DNA of 64,000 nucleotides from Macrostomum lignano (Eukaryota): NCBI GenBank assembly GCA_002269645.1, contig NIVC01002140.1, positions 62,001 to 126,000 of the forward strand, read 5' to 3'. Shown piece by piece: positions 1 to 12,643 of this stretch (position 1 is its first letter; each line of letters starts with the position of its first letter). The notes under the pieces were generated by a model. It saw only the letters and a program-made list of their open reading frames with translations, ran no database searches and was not told where the DNA came from. The position numbers and the translations under genes were made by a program.

Positions 1-229
1 GCAATTAAGTAAATCCTATAATTTCGGGGCTGTCAATGACTTTGATATCTTTCTCCAGTAAAATCAAATCAGGTATTGCAGTGAAGCAATGTGCAGGGAC
101 GCTAGTAATTAACTTACTCATGAAGCAGCAATGCAGAAGAAAATTCTGGTAAACTCACTTCTGATGGGTTTTGATGCAGAAGACTTTCAGAGGCCACAAT
201 CTTAAATAAAGATAAAAGCGCGCTCCTTG

Positions 230-2330
230 TGGTGCATTACGAGCATCAGTACTAGCCCTTTTATAGACCCATTTTGTCTGCCACGATAAGCAGGCGTGCC
301 CACCGAGAGTTCAATATTAGAATATAATTTAGTATGAAGGATTTAGATTAATTGACTGAAAAAGCACTGAAAAGGCACTTACTTACATTGGAGTGCAAAA
401 AACAACTATCTCCTGGTCTCTACCAAAGCTATCCAAGCAGACCAGCTCTAGACTAGCCCATCTCAATGCCCAAAGGACAATAACAGAGCTGAGGTTTGAG
501 GGCCGAGCTAGAATTTCGGATGTAAGCGACAATAAAACCGGATATAAATCTGTTTTTCGAAAACAGTCACGAGTTACCCGCCCCCCCCCACCCCAAACAC
601 TGAATTTCTCGTCCTCTAAATTGCACTGGTGATACATTGCAATTACACTCCTGCGCTTATTTCTTGCTTGCTTGCTTGTACGCAATCGATTTTCTCCTGA
701 ATGGCTTAACCGATTTTCTTTCTATTCTAAAAATACATATTTCGTAATATTTCATTTTTATTACCTTGTATTTTAACCATCATTTGACCTCTTAGCATTT
801 CAATTATGCATGCTCAAAGGGCGCTTCTAATCTTGCATAGCATTTTGGATGTACATCAAATTTGCGATGCAGGAGCGAAACCTCTGCTAGCATCTGTAGA
901 TGCACTGCAGCACACAAGCTCCGGATTTCGCATCCAGCTGTCACGTTATTTGATGTTGGCCGTGACCCTTAAAAGGGCCGTTTTAGTCCCAAAATAAGTT
1001 GAAGTCAACTTAGGCGAAGTGGATGGTGTAGCGGAGCACTTGGCAATAAGGGCAGGAAACTGCCGTAGTCGTTTTTATTATCAATATAAATAGTAAGTTT
1101 GGTTGTTACTGGCAAATAACAAACTATTGCTTTCTGGGCACTGGCGGCTGCAACAATGGTTTCTTTTAAGATAAATTGGATGTGAGTTCAAGCGAAAGAC
1201 GAGTGATGTAATGGCGACGTAACGTGATGATCAATGGCAATGAGTACAGTGAAGGCAGTGAGACGTAGTAGTCAGGCAGATGAGCAGTGGCGAGGTTGGC
1301 GTCAGCCGTGGCGTGAGGTAAGGAGGCTCGAGGCAGCCAGACAGAGAGAAGGAAAACAAGGCCGCAAAAACACACACAAGGCCAAGGACAGACAGGAAGG
1401 GACAAGAACCGAGAAGAAGCGAAGAAGTGAGGAGTGCCCGCCGCCAGGCGGGGGGTTTAATAAAGGAGCGCAGAGGGGGGTAGCGCGAAGCACGAGTGGT
1501 TTTCATTGGCTGGCGAGAGAACTTAAAATTATCGATCGTGCCAATTTTATACGGTCGCGAGAGAGGATAGCAAAATATACAGTGAATTAGAAATTGCCAC
1601 AAAATCGTTGGGCACTACTACAAGTAACGTCGCAATAAACAAATGGAAAAGTTTAGTTGAAACGGTGAAACTGAAGGGTTGAAACTATAGAGAAACAGCA
1701 GTCCAACGGCCCTTTTCGGGACCACCTTAAACTGACAACGTCACACAGCTCTCTGTGGCTTATCGCAGTTCCCTTTTACCTGGCGCATCCTGTTAGTTTT
1801 CAAGCTGGTATGGATACAAGACAGTGTGACAAATGTTCGTTTAGAAACCCGAAGCCTCTTATATTTTTAGTTCATCAAGTTGAGTTCGAACCGGAGCACG
1901 CCATGCCTTTTTTAGATGGCCGTACGAGTACTTTGGTTTTTCTTGCTTTCCTAAACTGCTGCAAAAACGTACATGTACGTGAACTTTGACTGTACTTACA
2001 TGACTAAAAATAGCATTTAGCCAACCGGGCTGAAAACAGAAAAAGAAAGCGCAGGGGTGACGGCGAGAAGCGATTGAGTTTTAAGCGAATTTTATGGTGT
2101 CATGGCAAGGTGTTTAAAGGAAAAGCGAAAGCAAGCAACACAAAAAATATACCCACGCAGCGGGCAAAGCACTGAATAAAAAGGCCAGAGCGGTAAGACA
2201 AGGACAAGGGAGCAATCCTCCGGGTGGCATTACAGGGGTTGCCATTAAAAGAGTTTCACCACAAGGGAACAATCCCAGGCTGCCTAGATTTGCCATTCCA
2301 CGGATGCCATTACAAAAGCACCATGCCAGG
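230..2330. repeat. Segmental-duplication block homologous to the region upstream of the toxin-GTPase genes (cf. ~43750-44930 and ~9240-9560)
   Basis: Blocks such as 383-800 align by eye with 43890-44330, and 1750-2090 with 9260-9560 and 44470-44770. This implies another gene copy lies left of the window. Boundaries are approximate. Confidence 0.7.
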
Positions 2331-2560
2331 TGCGCCGTGCTTATCCAAGGAACTCGTGGTATCCTTCTCAATCACAGCCCTCACGTCCTGACAAGTAGCC
2401 GAGTTCCTGGCTGAGGAATATGCATCTGTATATGAGTCACCGGAAGCTTTCCGTGGGGGCCTTCACTGAGCCTGTCAATGAGATACATGTACCTGCTTTG
2501 GGACTGGTCAGCTGTCTGTTTCATTCACTGATTTTGGCTTTTTAGAGTACTTTCGAGAAT

Positions 2561-3008
2561 TGTTGTGAAATCGTGCCCTTTCTCGCCCTCCTGCCCCGCC
2601 CCAACCCTCCAGTCTGCCCCACCCCTCCAATCAATAATCAATGCGTACGCAGATCACGCCACCCCGCCCCACCTCCCCTGCTGTACCGTACATTTGTTCT
2701 TAAGTTATATTCATGTACGCGTAGGACCAATGAAAAATATATAGTCGCTGTCTGGAGGGCAGACTCCTCCCTTGCGCGCGTTGGTCCGCCTCCGTTGGCT
2801 ATTGAATAAAACGACTCGTCGATCTACCATAAAACGTGCACGGCGAACTGCATCGGCTACGGTGTGTAAGTTCGTGTTCGCGATTTACTGTCCTTTTTCT
2901 GCTTCTCCCTAGGGCGCGGGATAGGAGCTCTGACTGGGGACCTGGGGGTCGCAGCTTCCCGACAGGTTAAACCTGTAGGCGTTGCTCCGGAGGACGGGGC
3001 TCACAACA
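2561..3008. mobile_element. Probable solo LTR (~450 bp)
   Basis: Termini are TGTTGTGA...TCACAACA (TG..CA, 8-bp inverted). The segment is absent from the paralogous host segment at ~11820 (gagaacactcagag). It has an internal AATAAA near 2805. The apparent TSD is only AAT (3 bp), which is atypical. Confidence 0.6.
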
Positions 3009-5046
3009 AATACTCAGAGTAATTCTGAGAAGCATACATATAGCTATGCATGCATACCTAGCTAGTTTAATTTTTATAATTTAAATGCCCATTCTGAATA
3101 CTTCTATGCCCCAACCTGATATGAAAGTCATGGCAATCTAGAAAATTCTGCCGCACATTTCGAGTCTATAAATAGGAACACACCCACTGTAGCATAACAA
3201 ATTCTTGTATACTAACCGATCCGCTAGCTATTGCTACTGCAATAAGACCTACATACACTGATGTACATTGATAACTTAGTATTTACCTAAAGATACCACA
3301 CCTTATGTTCACCCCTCCTAATATAGGAATGTCAAATTGTTTAACTTTTCCTAACTTGCAACTCGCCAGTAGACCAAGTCTGTATTTGGGTCTAAGTTTA
3401 TTGAGCTTGCATATGGGTCAAGTTGAACGCGATTAGAGGCTTATCTTCGCTCCAAAAATTACTTTCTTGACAGAATTTTTAAAATGTTAGCTAAACTGGA
3501 CATTCCTGTAGCTATCTTTCTAAGTCCCGAAAATCATAAGTCAGAACCTCAGTTCGTCAGATCTCGTCTCACGAGATGCATTGGCAAGAATTCAAAATCT
3601 TTCATACGCTCGTATTTTAAGTAAGATTTTAAGACGCAGAATATTTTTAAATTCAAAACAGAAAACTTTAAATATTGATGCTGGCTCAAGACAAGGCCAA
3701 AGCAGTCAAAGCCCTATATATACTACTGAATTGGATTCGATATCAAGTGTATTTGAAGGGATTGGGAAACTACTCGTAATTAACTGGATAAATAGACATC
3801 TGAAAAAAAGAGTTTAAACACTATAGAGAAAAAATTATTAAGTGCTAGTAACCGATGTAATCAAGCATTTCAATTTAGAACAGAGAAGTGGCTTGCTACA
3901 TATAGTGCACTGATCATTTAAAGGCCACTAAGCTACTGAAGGGTAGTGTGGTTACAGAGTTAACACGGCAAACACATACTCGTTAAAAAGATTCTGTAGA
4001 AGTGGAAGCTGAATAAATCAACTAACTGAAAGATGGAAAACGAAATAAAATAGTCCAATTGCCACCATGGTGCAGTGAAAACAAAAATTCTGCAGGGCAG
4101 AAGCTGGGATAAACATTTTAGTGATGCGTGTTTAAAGTAGAGATAGAAAGATAAAGATTAGAAATAAACAATTTAATGCATAAAAATTAAACAGAAACAA
4201 AAACGACGACGAAGAATTTAATAATTTTCACTTAAAATCATTAGATTTTCAGTACTAACATTTTTAGTATATGGATAGCTAAAAATGGCGCAACATTTAA
4301 ACAAAATTGATATGTAGTTCTTAAACAAGCCTGATAGAATAACCTACAGATATTAGCATAAATACATTAAGCATAGATGGGACCGTTTCGTCCGTCGAAA
4401 GCAAAAATTTTCTGCGCGTTGTTGACATCTTTAATAATTGGTTTCAGAGAAATTCTTATTACGAGCTAAACTGGGCTTTAGGAGTGTCGAGTGCATGTTA
4501 GACCATGCAAAGAACGCCGAGCATAATACACTGTATATCAATAGAATGCTATAACTTCTCAGCAACCTGTTTGCTTTGCGTCGCTTCAGCTTCAGTCTGC
4601 TGCGAAGTTGAACTTATATCTCATGCTCAGCATTCTCGGAATAAAAGTAAAGTGCTTACTAAAACAGTAAAGTTATAACTGCGTCAGGACTGCGAGGTTT
4701 CCTACTTTCTTATCACTGTTGTTATGCCATTAAATTGCACCAAACAATGCGGTTACAGACTCGGCAAGCCCTGCTAGTTGGTGCCTCGTGGCACAAAAAC
4801 CCATATTCAAAACAGAGGCTCAATTCGACAAAAACTCGATTTACGCTCGTAAATATAATCTCGAACTATTGAAATCCAGCACGAAAGACGCAAATATTTC
4901 AGAATTTTTTGCGTTTTAAGTACATGGGAGTGGCTCATTTAGGCTGACAATATCTATGAAAGTTATTGGGTATTATACCATTTTAGGGCCATTTTGGGAA
5001 AACAGTTCATTGTGTATCAGGAATAATCACTCAAAAACCGGATTTA

Positions 5047-8000
5047 TCCCTAAAGATGCTACAAAAGAGAAAAATGCCTTTCTTGACGTTTTTTTTCAAT
5101 GGCAGACTTGCACAGGTTCAGGACTTCTTTCTTCTGCTGCCCGAACGGGTCCTGTCCTTTCCGAGCCTTGGCGATGATCTCCGCGGTCTCCTTGGCTCCG
5201 CGCAGGTGCTGCACCCGAGCCTCCCAGCCCGGCTTTCTTTCGGACTCCTGCACCTTGATGAGGTTCTCCACGTAGCCGACCACACTGAGTGGGTACTGCC
5301 GCAATGCCAGCGTCTCCAACTCCTGAAGGCACTTGTGAATGGTCACCAAGTCGTAGGTGAGATCGTCGTGAGTTTTTTTTAAGTCATCGAGCAGTCGTTC
5401 AATAATCTTATTTTTTGCTTCTTTTGCTTCGATGTTCACTTTGTACTTCTAAGCGATTTTTTGAACTGTTATCTCTTCCTCCTCTTCAAAGTCCTCAAAG
5501 TAATACTTGCTGCTGAAATGTTTATTAACGTGGCATCGTCCCGGGCACACAGTGCAGCGTCTTCTTTTTATTACTGAGCAAATACTTTTAAACGACTCAA
5601 CGCGGCAATTCTCATGACATGTTTTCGTGCAGGCGGAGCATAGGGTGACATATTTCCAGTGCGGCGGAAGTTCTACCTTTCGTGTTTTGGGGACTTTCAT
5701 CTTTCTGGTCTTCTTTTTGTCGGCGTCATTAATGACAGCATCGAGCGAGTCGATCAAATTCAGTTCCTGCTGCAGAGTTGACAACATCGTTATGCCTTTC
5801 CTCACTTGCGTCATTAAACCTTCCATCGAAACCTCCAAGTTCCTTCGGTTCCTCAGAACTTCCTTTGTCGTTTGCAGAGAGACACCGTTGGTCATCTCTT
5901 TCATCACATCGAAAAGCTCAAGATAGTTCAACTCGCCTCGATCCCAGTCTAAAATATTCGCCTTGAGGTCCATCTCTTTTTTCTTCTTTTCTTTCATTGA
6001 AAGATTTGCATCAGACTTAATGCGCTCTACATCAGAGTTGTCAGCATACAGCATTCCGTTGTTAAACTTCAAGAACCTTTCGTGCGGTACTTTGTCTTCC
6101 TGCAGAGCAGCCAGGGCCTGCGGTTCGTTACTGTCAGCGAAAGTGAGAACAGGCAGAATGATCTGCTCAATGTCCTTGCCGAACAGGGACAGAGCCTGGT
6201 CAAAAATGTACTTTTGGGGTATCGTCAGTCGATTCTGCGACGCTTTCACAACGAAGCCCACGGCATGCAGCAGTCCGGTCATTCCTGGAATCGCTGCACC
6301 GTCCTCTCCAAGCACTTTGGCGATTCTCTTCACGATCCGCTCATCTTCTTCCAGTCCGGAGTGTCTCCGAATCCGGGCGTGTCGATGATGGTCAGCGGGC
6401 AGTCCATGGCGCTTCTGCAGCTGTCATCGGGACCCCCAGTGTTTACAGGAAACAGGGTGTACACCGCTACCACCGATGTCTGCGAGTGGGCCTGGTTCGC
6501 GGCCGCTTCTTTCGTCTGGCCTTCTGGCTCGGCGATCAGCTTGAACCGGAACTTATCCTCGTACTTAACTCGGTAGTAAGCATTGGCGATACCGTTGATG
6601 AAGGTGCTCTTACCTGTGCCCGTCTCTCCGACTATCAGCAGGAACTTCGGTGGCTTCACGCAGTCTCTGCTGTCTCCCACTTCAAAGGACACTGGGCAAA
6701 CGCAGTAACCTCTTTGACAGCTGCAGCCGGCAGGAATTTTCACCTGTTTCTTTTTTAGCTGAAGTATCTGGCCAGGAAAGTCTTCTCCTTTGAGCTTCCT
6801 AATTGGATCTTTAAGGCACAAGTACGTCTTCACATTTTCTGAACATGACAGTGGAGGATCAGTTGAGAATTTGATTGGCTTTGAGGACTCGGATTCTCCG
6901 AAATCCGCAGATGCTACCACATGAGCTTCGTACTCAGTGCCTGGGTCGAGACCGAGCAGCTCCACTTGGTTAGATTTGGTCAATTCGCTCTGGTGCTTCT
7001 CAGCTCTCTGTTCGCCTGACTTGAATGCCGTCACTTTGAAATCGAAATTCCTTTCAGAGTTCTCCCACGTAAAAAAGGCTTCCCTCGGTCCCGAGCGAAC
7101 ACACTGTAATCCAGTTGGTGGAACCGGAATCTCAACCGGAACCCAATTGTGACTTTTCAGCTGCTTTACTTGCAGCCCGATCGAGGAAGATTGTTGTGTC
7201 TGAACCCTGCAGTTGAATGCAGATTGCAGAGTCGGGTTCAATCTGAGGAATTTCAGTACAACGGACAGCTCACTTTTTGTGCTGATGTATTCTTCTTTCT
7301 CGATCCACGTCGCTTCTGGGTCTTCTCCAGCAGCCGTTGTGTCACCCTTGCAAAATGCGGTGCACTTCTGCACAAACGCAGATTCTGGCAGCAAGAACTC
7401 AATCAGGATTCGTTTCCCATCCTCCATGCCGAACTTGTCGAGTTCGCTGAGATCACTATGCATCTTGGCTCCGGATCCTGTTAAGGAGTCCCCAAAAAGC
7501 TGCAAGGCCCGACACTCTCTCTCTTTGTTCTTCATCCAGGTCTCTAGCCGCTGATAATCGAAGGGGGATCGATCTCTGAAGCTTGTTAGAATTTGTGACA
7601 ACTCATCACCTGAGCCGCCCGTTTCGCGAATGCCTGGCAGTATGCTGGCGAGCTTCTGAGTGAACCGTGTCTTGTGAGTTTCAACAAGGCGCAGAAACTG
7701 CTGTAGCTGATCGCGTTGCACGTGCCACGGTGTGTTTTCCAGCAACTTGAGCCTGTTCTCAGCAGCATTGATGACGTCACTAAGCATCTGACAGTAGTCT
7801 CTTGCCTCATTTAGATACTCGTCGTTGATTTTCTTAATCAGAACTTGGGGTTTTCCCGCCAGCTGGCTCAGAGGGGTCAGATACACGGTTATCGGCGACT
7901 TGGCATTCTTGCTGCTGAAGCTCTTGATGCAGCCGATGGCTTCCTTGAGGCTGAGGGGCGGCCGCTTCAGCTTGAACTCGCCATAGTAGCGGCATTTGAT

Positions 8001-8591
8001 CTTCTCAAACGTGTCAAGTTCCTGAGAGTCGAATTTGCCCTCAAGTTTTCCCGAAGCCTCAAATGAAGCTTTGAACTTTGAAGCTACTCCCTGCAACTCG
8101 CCAGACACTTGCGACTTGTCTTCCGACTCTCGCAGCTCTCTCTCGAACACCAAGAAGGCCCTGGCACCGAAATGGATTGCAGTCACAACGTGAGTTGCTG
8201 CTCCGTCATCAGGGAACTTTGGAAATTCTATGCTTGATCCCACATTCAGCTCTCTAATTTCTGTCATGATGCAGCATTCGAAGGTCAGCATCTCCGAGTT
8301 AATGCTGGTCTTCGAGTCATTCAGGTAGCGCCCGGCCCCCTCAACCTGAATCATGCCACACAGGAAGCTGAGCTTCAATGACGTACCGATTTCCAATGTG
8401 CTGGCTTTTTTGGCAAAACTCGACTCGGACTGAATGTTCATGGTTTGACTCACGTCCGGTCGGATGCTTGTCATTTTTTCTATCGTCTCAGGTGACCACA
8501 GCTTGGTTCCGGTGATGTATTGATCGGTTCGGGCATCTTACAGGCAGCCCAAGGAGGCAGGCCCGCCCAGGTACGGCAGTTTGAGACTCAT
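5047..8591 (-). pseudogene. Stonustoxin/verrucotoxin-like (MACPF/CDC-type) N-terminus + fibronectin type III + septin/AIG1-like GTPase + Cys-rich/coiled-coil protein, ~1180 aa, disrupted
   Basis: The N-terminus MSLKLPYLGGPASLGCL*DARTDQYITGTKLW resembles stonustoxin starts. FN3-like segment PPTGLQCVRSGPREAFFTW...LLGLDPGTEYEAHV. GTPase motifs G1 GETGTGKS, G3 DTPG, G4-like TFAD. Lesions relative to the paralogs: TAA at 8538-8540, a 1-nt deletion near 6350, TAG at 5449 and an altered 3' end. Confidence 0.8.
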
Positions 8592-9779
8592 TGGTTACCG
8601 AGACCTGTCCACAAGATTGAATAAAATATGAGCACATTCTGAGACGATGTTTTAAGTTTTTGTCTATTTTGAAGCTCGCTGGTTTAAAGGGCTTTCGTTA
8701 CACGAAGGATTGGTTTACCCTGAGATAGGCTTCAATTGGTTGGTCTGAGAGGGGGGGGGGTCCATAAGTGGGGCTGTCTCTGAGTTAGGGGTTGTCTATA
8801 AGTGGGGGCTGTCTCTGACTTGGGGTGCCTTCTATAAGTGGGGGCTGTCTCTGAGTTGGAGGTGGCTGTTCACAACTGAGATATCCATTCCCAGTAAAAT
8901 CAGGGCAGTTGTTTTATCGAGAACCAATGTGCCGGAACGCAAGAAATGAATTCGCACTTGACGCAGCAATACAAAAGCAAATTCTGGTGAACTCACCGAC
9001 TGTGCAGCCAATTTAATGCTGATTTGCAGAGTCTCCAGAAGCCCACAGTTAAAAGCGCATTGCAACTCTTTGCAGCGCATTGCGAGCATCAGTGCTTGCC
9101 TTTTTATAAGTTCGTAGTTCGTATTCTTTGTCTGCCACAAGAAACAGGCTGACGACTGAAGCACGAGGGGAATGAAAAGTTTGAGGAGAGATCGATAATT
9201 TTGTGAGTACATTTTTGCGCAGTGTGAGCGGACTTTCCACTCCGGGTTTCACATTCTGTGCTCTGTGGCTTATCGAAGTTCACTTTTGCTAGGCGCAATC
9301 ACGTTAGTTTTCCAGCCGATAAGGGCAGAAACTAAAAAGCTGAGACAGAAATGTGCGTTTAGAAAGCTGAAGCTATTTTATTGGCTTTTGCAACAGTGGC
9401 ACCTCCATCATTTGAACTCGAACTCGAACTCGCCACGTTTCTTGTTGAAAAGTTCGTACGTACACTTTACTTTCGAGCAACACGTGTGCATGAAATTCAA
9501 AGACACGGGTGAGGGTGAACTTGTAGCGCACCTTGTCATACAAATCAAGTCGCCAGCCCTCCGGACTGGAGGGTAGTGTGAATTGTCGAGATATTTAACG
9601 ATTCTGACAGAAGGGCTACTCCTCTCATAAGCGCTAGTGTACGGGCGTATTCAACTGCGCCTTAGTGCGGCCTTGCCTAGCTTCCAAATTCTTTTCTACA
9701 AACGGAATAAGAATACGAAATAAGAAACAGAAGTAGAATAAGGCCGCGACCGCCAGGGACGGCCTCCAAGGTGAATCAT

Positions 9780-10160
9780 CTCCGGTGTGTCATCCAGGGG
9801 TGGCATCGCAGGGGTATAGCAGCATTCAGGAGGTGCCATTCCAGACGTGCCTTCCAAAGGGTCGCTTGATCTGGGATGCCGTTCTGGGGAGCTATTCCAG
9901 GATGCCATCCCAGGGGTCCAGGGTGGCATCACAGGGGTGGCATTCTAGAGTTGCCATTCATCCGACTGCCATCCTAGAAGTGTCTCACAGGTGTGCCTTT
10001 CCAAGGCAGCCATTCCGGGGCGGATTTCTATCACAAAGTTGCCATCCCAAGGGATGCCGTCACAAGGGTTGCGATTCTAGAGTGCTATTCCAGGGGTGGC
10101 ACTCCAAGGAAAGCCATAGAAGAGGTGTCATTTGAGAGGCGTCATCACAAGTGCTCCATG
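9780..10160. repeat. Degenerate ~14-bp GGGGTGCCATTCCA-type tandem repeat
   Basis: Many ggggtggcat/gccatccca motifs. Homologous patches occur at ~2215-2335, 42241-42355 and ~44790-45000, one per duplication unit. Confidence 0.6.
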
Positions 10161-11609
10161 CCTAACAAAGGACGCCAGACTGACGGTCCTGGTGAAATCG
10201 GAAAAATAACGGAGTCGCCGTTGCAGTCCTTTTAGCCCTTAAAAGGTCGTATATGATGGTAAAATGTATAATAGTATAACTATTTAAAGTAGTGTCTAAC
10301 GTTAACGAGTTGAAGCCTATTACAGTTTTCATTTAGTTAAGCAATCATTAGCAATGCCCAGCACTAGGGGATGTCCCTCGCTCCGATTGCTCAACTATTT
10401 TGGCTGCCTGTGTGAAAATTTACTTCAGCTTAGCAAGTATGAGATGAACCTCATGGTACATTATTCAGGTACTTTATGCCCGCACGTAGTTATCTGCTGC
10501 AATTTTTCAAGTACATATACGATTATATTTTAAGAATAGTGTCGTAATCCCAACTGAAAAGTAGTACTCGTATTTGCTACTGATCGGCGCTTGCATATTG
10601 GTTGACTGCCCACTCGACTGTGTTTTGAAAAAACTCCAATTATAACAAATTATTTTATATGCTTGATTCGCAATCCAAATGGTTTTTCAAAAAATCTCTA
10701 TACGAGCTTACCATTATTTAACCGTAGATTTCTACTAGCATTTCGATCAGTTTTAGTAGTATATTTTGTTAAAATCGATCGCATACCTACCTACCTAGAT
10801 ACCGACAGACCATTTTAGCATATGGATTTTGTAATTTATATAGTGATAAATTTATACTGTTTACCAATCCAGTACAATGTCGATAGCAGTAGAAAATGTA
10901 TAGGCTTTAATTTTTTCTTTGAAATACAGGTAGTAACAAGTAGTTGTAGTTCGTATCAAATGTAGCGGAAAAATTCCGACTTGAAGATTATATAAAAATA
11001 ATTTTAACCCTGAGAATACAAAAATATGCACTTCAGTGTTTCATTTTTATTAACTGAGGAAACAATTGATATGAGCAGCACAAACTATGTTAAGTATTTA
11101 CACGTCCAACATGCTTCACGACCAGTCAATGAAACTTGTTGCAGACATTCATCAGTAATATCTCGACTTTGAATTCTCTCGACAGTAAACGGCAGCAAGA
11201 AGCACGAATCATGATTTAAGCAAGGTTTGAAATACTATCTGTTGCAATCAAAAGTACTCATAAGCTGCGAATTGCTAGGAGATGAGAGATCGAGTGACGG
11301 AGGGTGAGCTAGCAAGCTTCTTACTTGATTTCAACATTGAATTATGCAGCATCTTCAATCTTTCGCATTGTGTAATAACTTAAATTTTACATGACTACTT
11401 TGCATTAGCTGAGACTCATGAGACTACGCATCAGTCAGCCCATGCAGTCAAAGCGCATTGAGGATACCCTAGCTAACTTTGAAACTCAAAGCGAATGGTG
11501 GCAGTTTTCTTGACAAAAGCCGGTCAGTTAGCCACGGTGCCACTTGTACAGCAGCGCACAGTCACTGGTATACCAAACCACTACCTAACACAAGTGCTGA
11601 GCGCTCTCT

Positions 11610-12012
11610 CTGAGCGTCATCCGAGTACTCGAACTCGGGTATCCTTCTCCATCACAGCCTTCAGGTCTAGACAAGTTTCCGAGTTCCGAGGAACACGCAT
11701 CTACATGTAAGAGTCACCGGAAGCTGCTGTGAGGCCTTCACTGAGCATGTCAAGGAGGGACTGGTTCAAGCTGTTATAATAAGTGTTTTGGGCGAATGAA
11801 ATTACTCTTAGAGTACTTTTGAGAACACTCAGAGTAATTTTGAGAAGCATGCATCCATTTGGGAAACTTCTACGTCCCGACCATGGATGAATAAATGGAT
11901 GGTTTTATTCACCCATGGTCCCAATCCGATATGCCAGACATGGCAAGCTTCTAGGAACTTCTGCCGCACATCCCGAGTCTATAAATAGAAACATAAATAG
12001 AAACACCCATTG
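11610..12012. repeat. Start of the second host duplication unit (paralog of ~2335-2560 and 3010-3190); continues at 35471 after the Gypsy insertion
   Basis: gtatccttctc...gagtcaccggaagct...cttcactgagc and gccgcacat..cgagtctataaatag are shared with the first unit. 35471-36240 matches ~3200-3950. Confidence 0.75.
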
Positions 12013-12033
12013 ACATATGGCCAAGCATGCTTA

Positions 12034-12329
12034 AATGGTAGATTTATCTCTAGGTTTCGAGTGCGTAAATAGTCTATGGCACTCGTGCGCTAACGCGCAC
12101 TCGTTACGTGCGCTAACGCGACTGTGCAGTAAATCCCAAGCCGGTCGAACTGCACAGTCGCGTTATCTATCTATGTCTATGGCTAAAACCAGAAGAATTC
12201 TTTGCCCATAAATCAATGATTCTATCACTAGGTTCCTTCGTGCGTAAATAGTCTATGGCACTCGTGCACTAACGCGCACTCGTGCCAAGACTATTTACGC
12301 ACTCGAAACCTAGAGATAAATCTACCATT
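12034..12329. mobile_element. MITE-like element with ~45-bp TIRs and internal palindromes
   Basis: aatggtagatttatctctaggtttcgagtgcgtaaatagtc at 12034 is the reverse complement of 12288-12329. There is an internal hairpin cgcgactgtgcagt/actgcacagtcgcg (12117-12163) and a ~40-bp direct repeat (12062/12241). Confidence 0.65.
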
Positions 12330-12643
12330 TGTAACGCGACCCTTCTTGTTCGGTGCTGACAGCTATGCACTTATCAATAAATGAGTCTATGTAGCAAGAA
12401 AGTTTAAAATTTAACTTCGACTGATTGTATTTAATCGTATTATATTATTTATTTGAAGACAGGAGTTATAGCGAACAACCACGCTGCGGGCCAACCAAAA
12501 CACAGCACGCACGAGACCAAACAGGAAAAAAACTAGAGAGCGAGTCTAGCGCGCAAAAACGCGATATAACAGTCTTTTAAATAATCCTCGTATTTCCATG
12601 AATGGTACAGTAAAACAAATTTTACGTATAAATATAGAATAAA

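Noticed and set aside
1166-1620. Overlapping ORFs in a purine-rich GC patch
   Set aside because: Low-complexity translations on both strands, no motifs, and no supportable element boundaries.
10240-11600. AT-rich segment as a possible gene or RNA
   Set aside because: I recognised no ORF with motifs, no tRNA/rRNA-like structure and no repeat boundaries.
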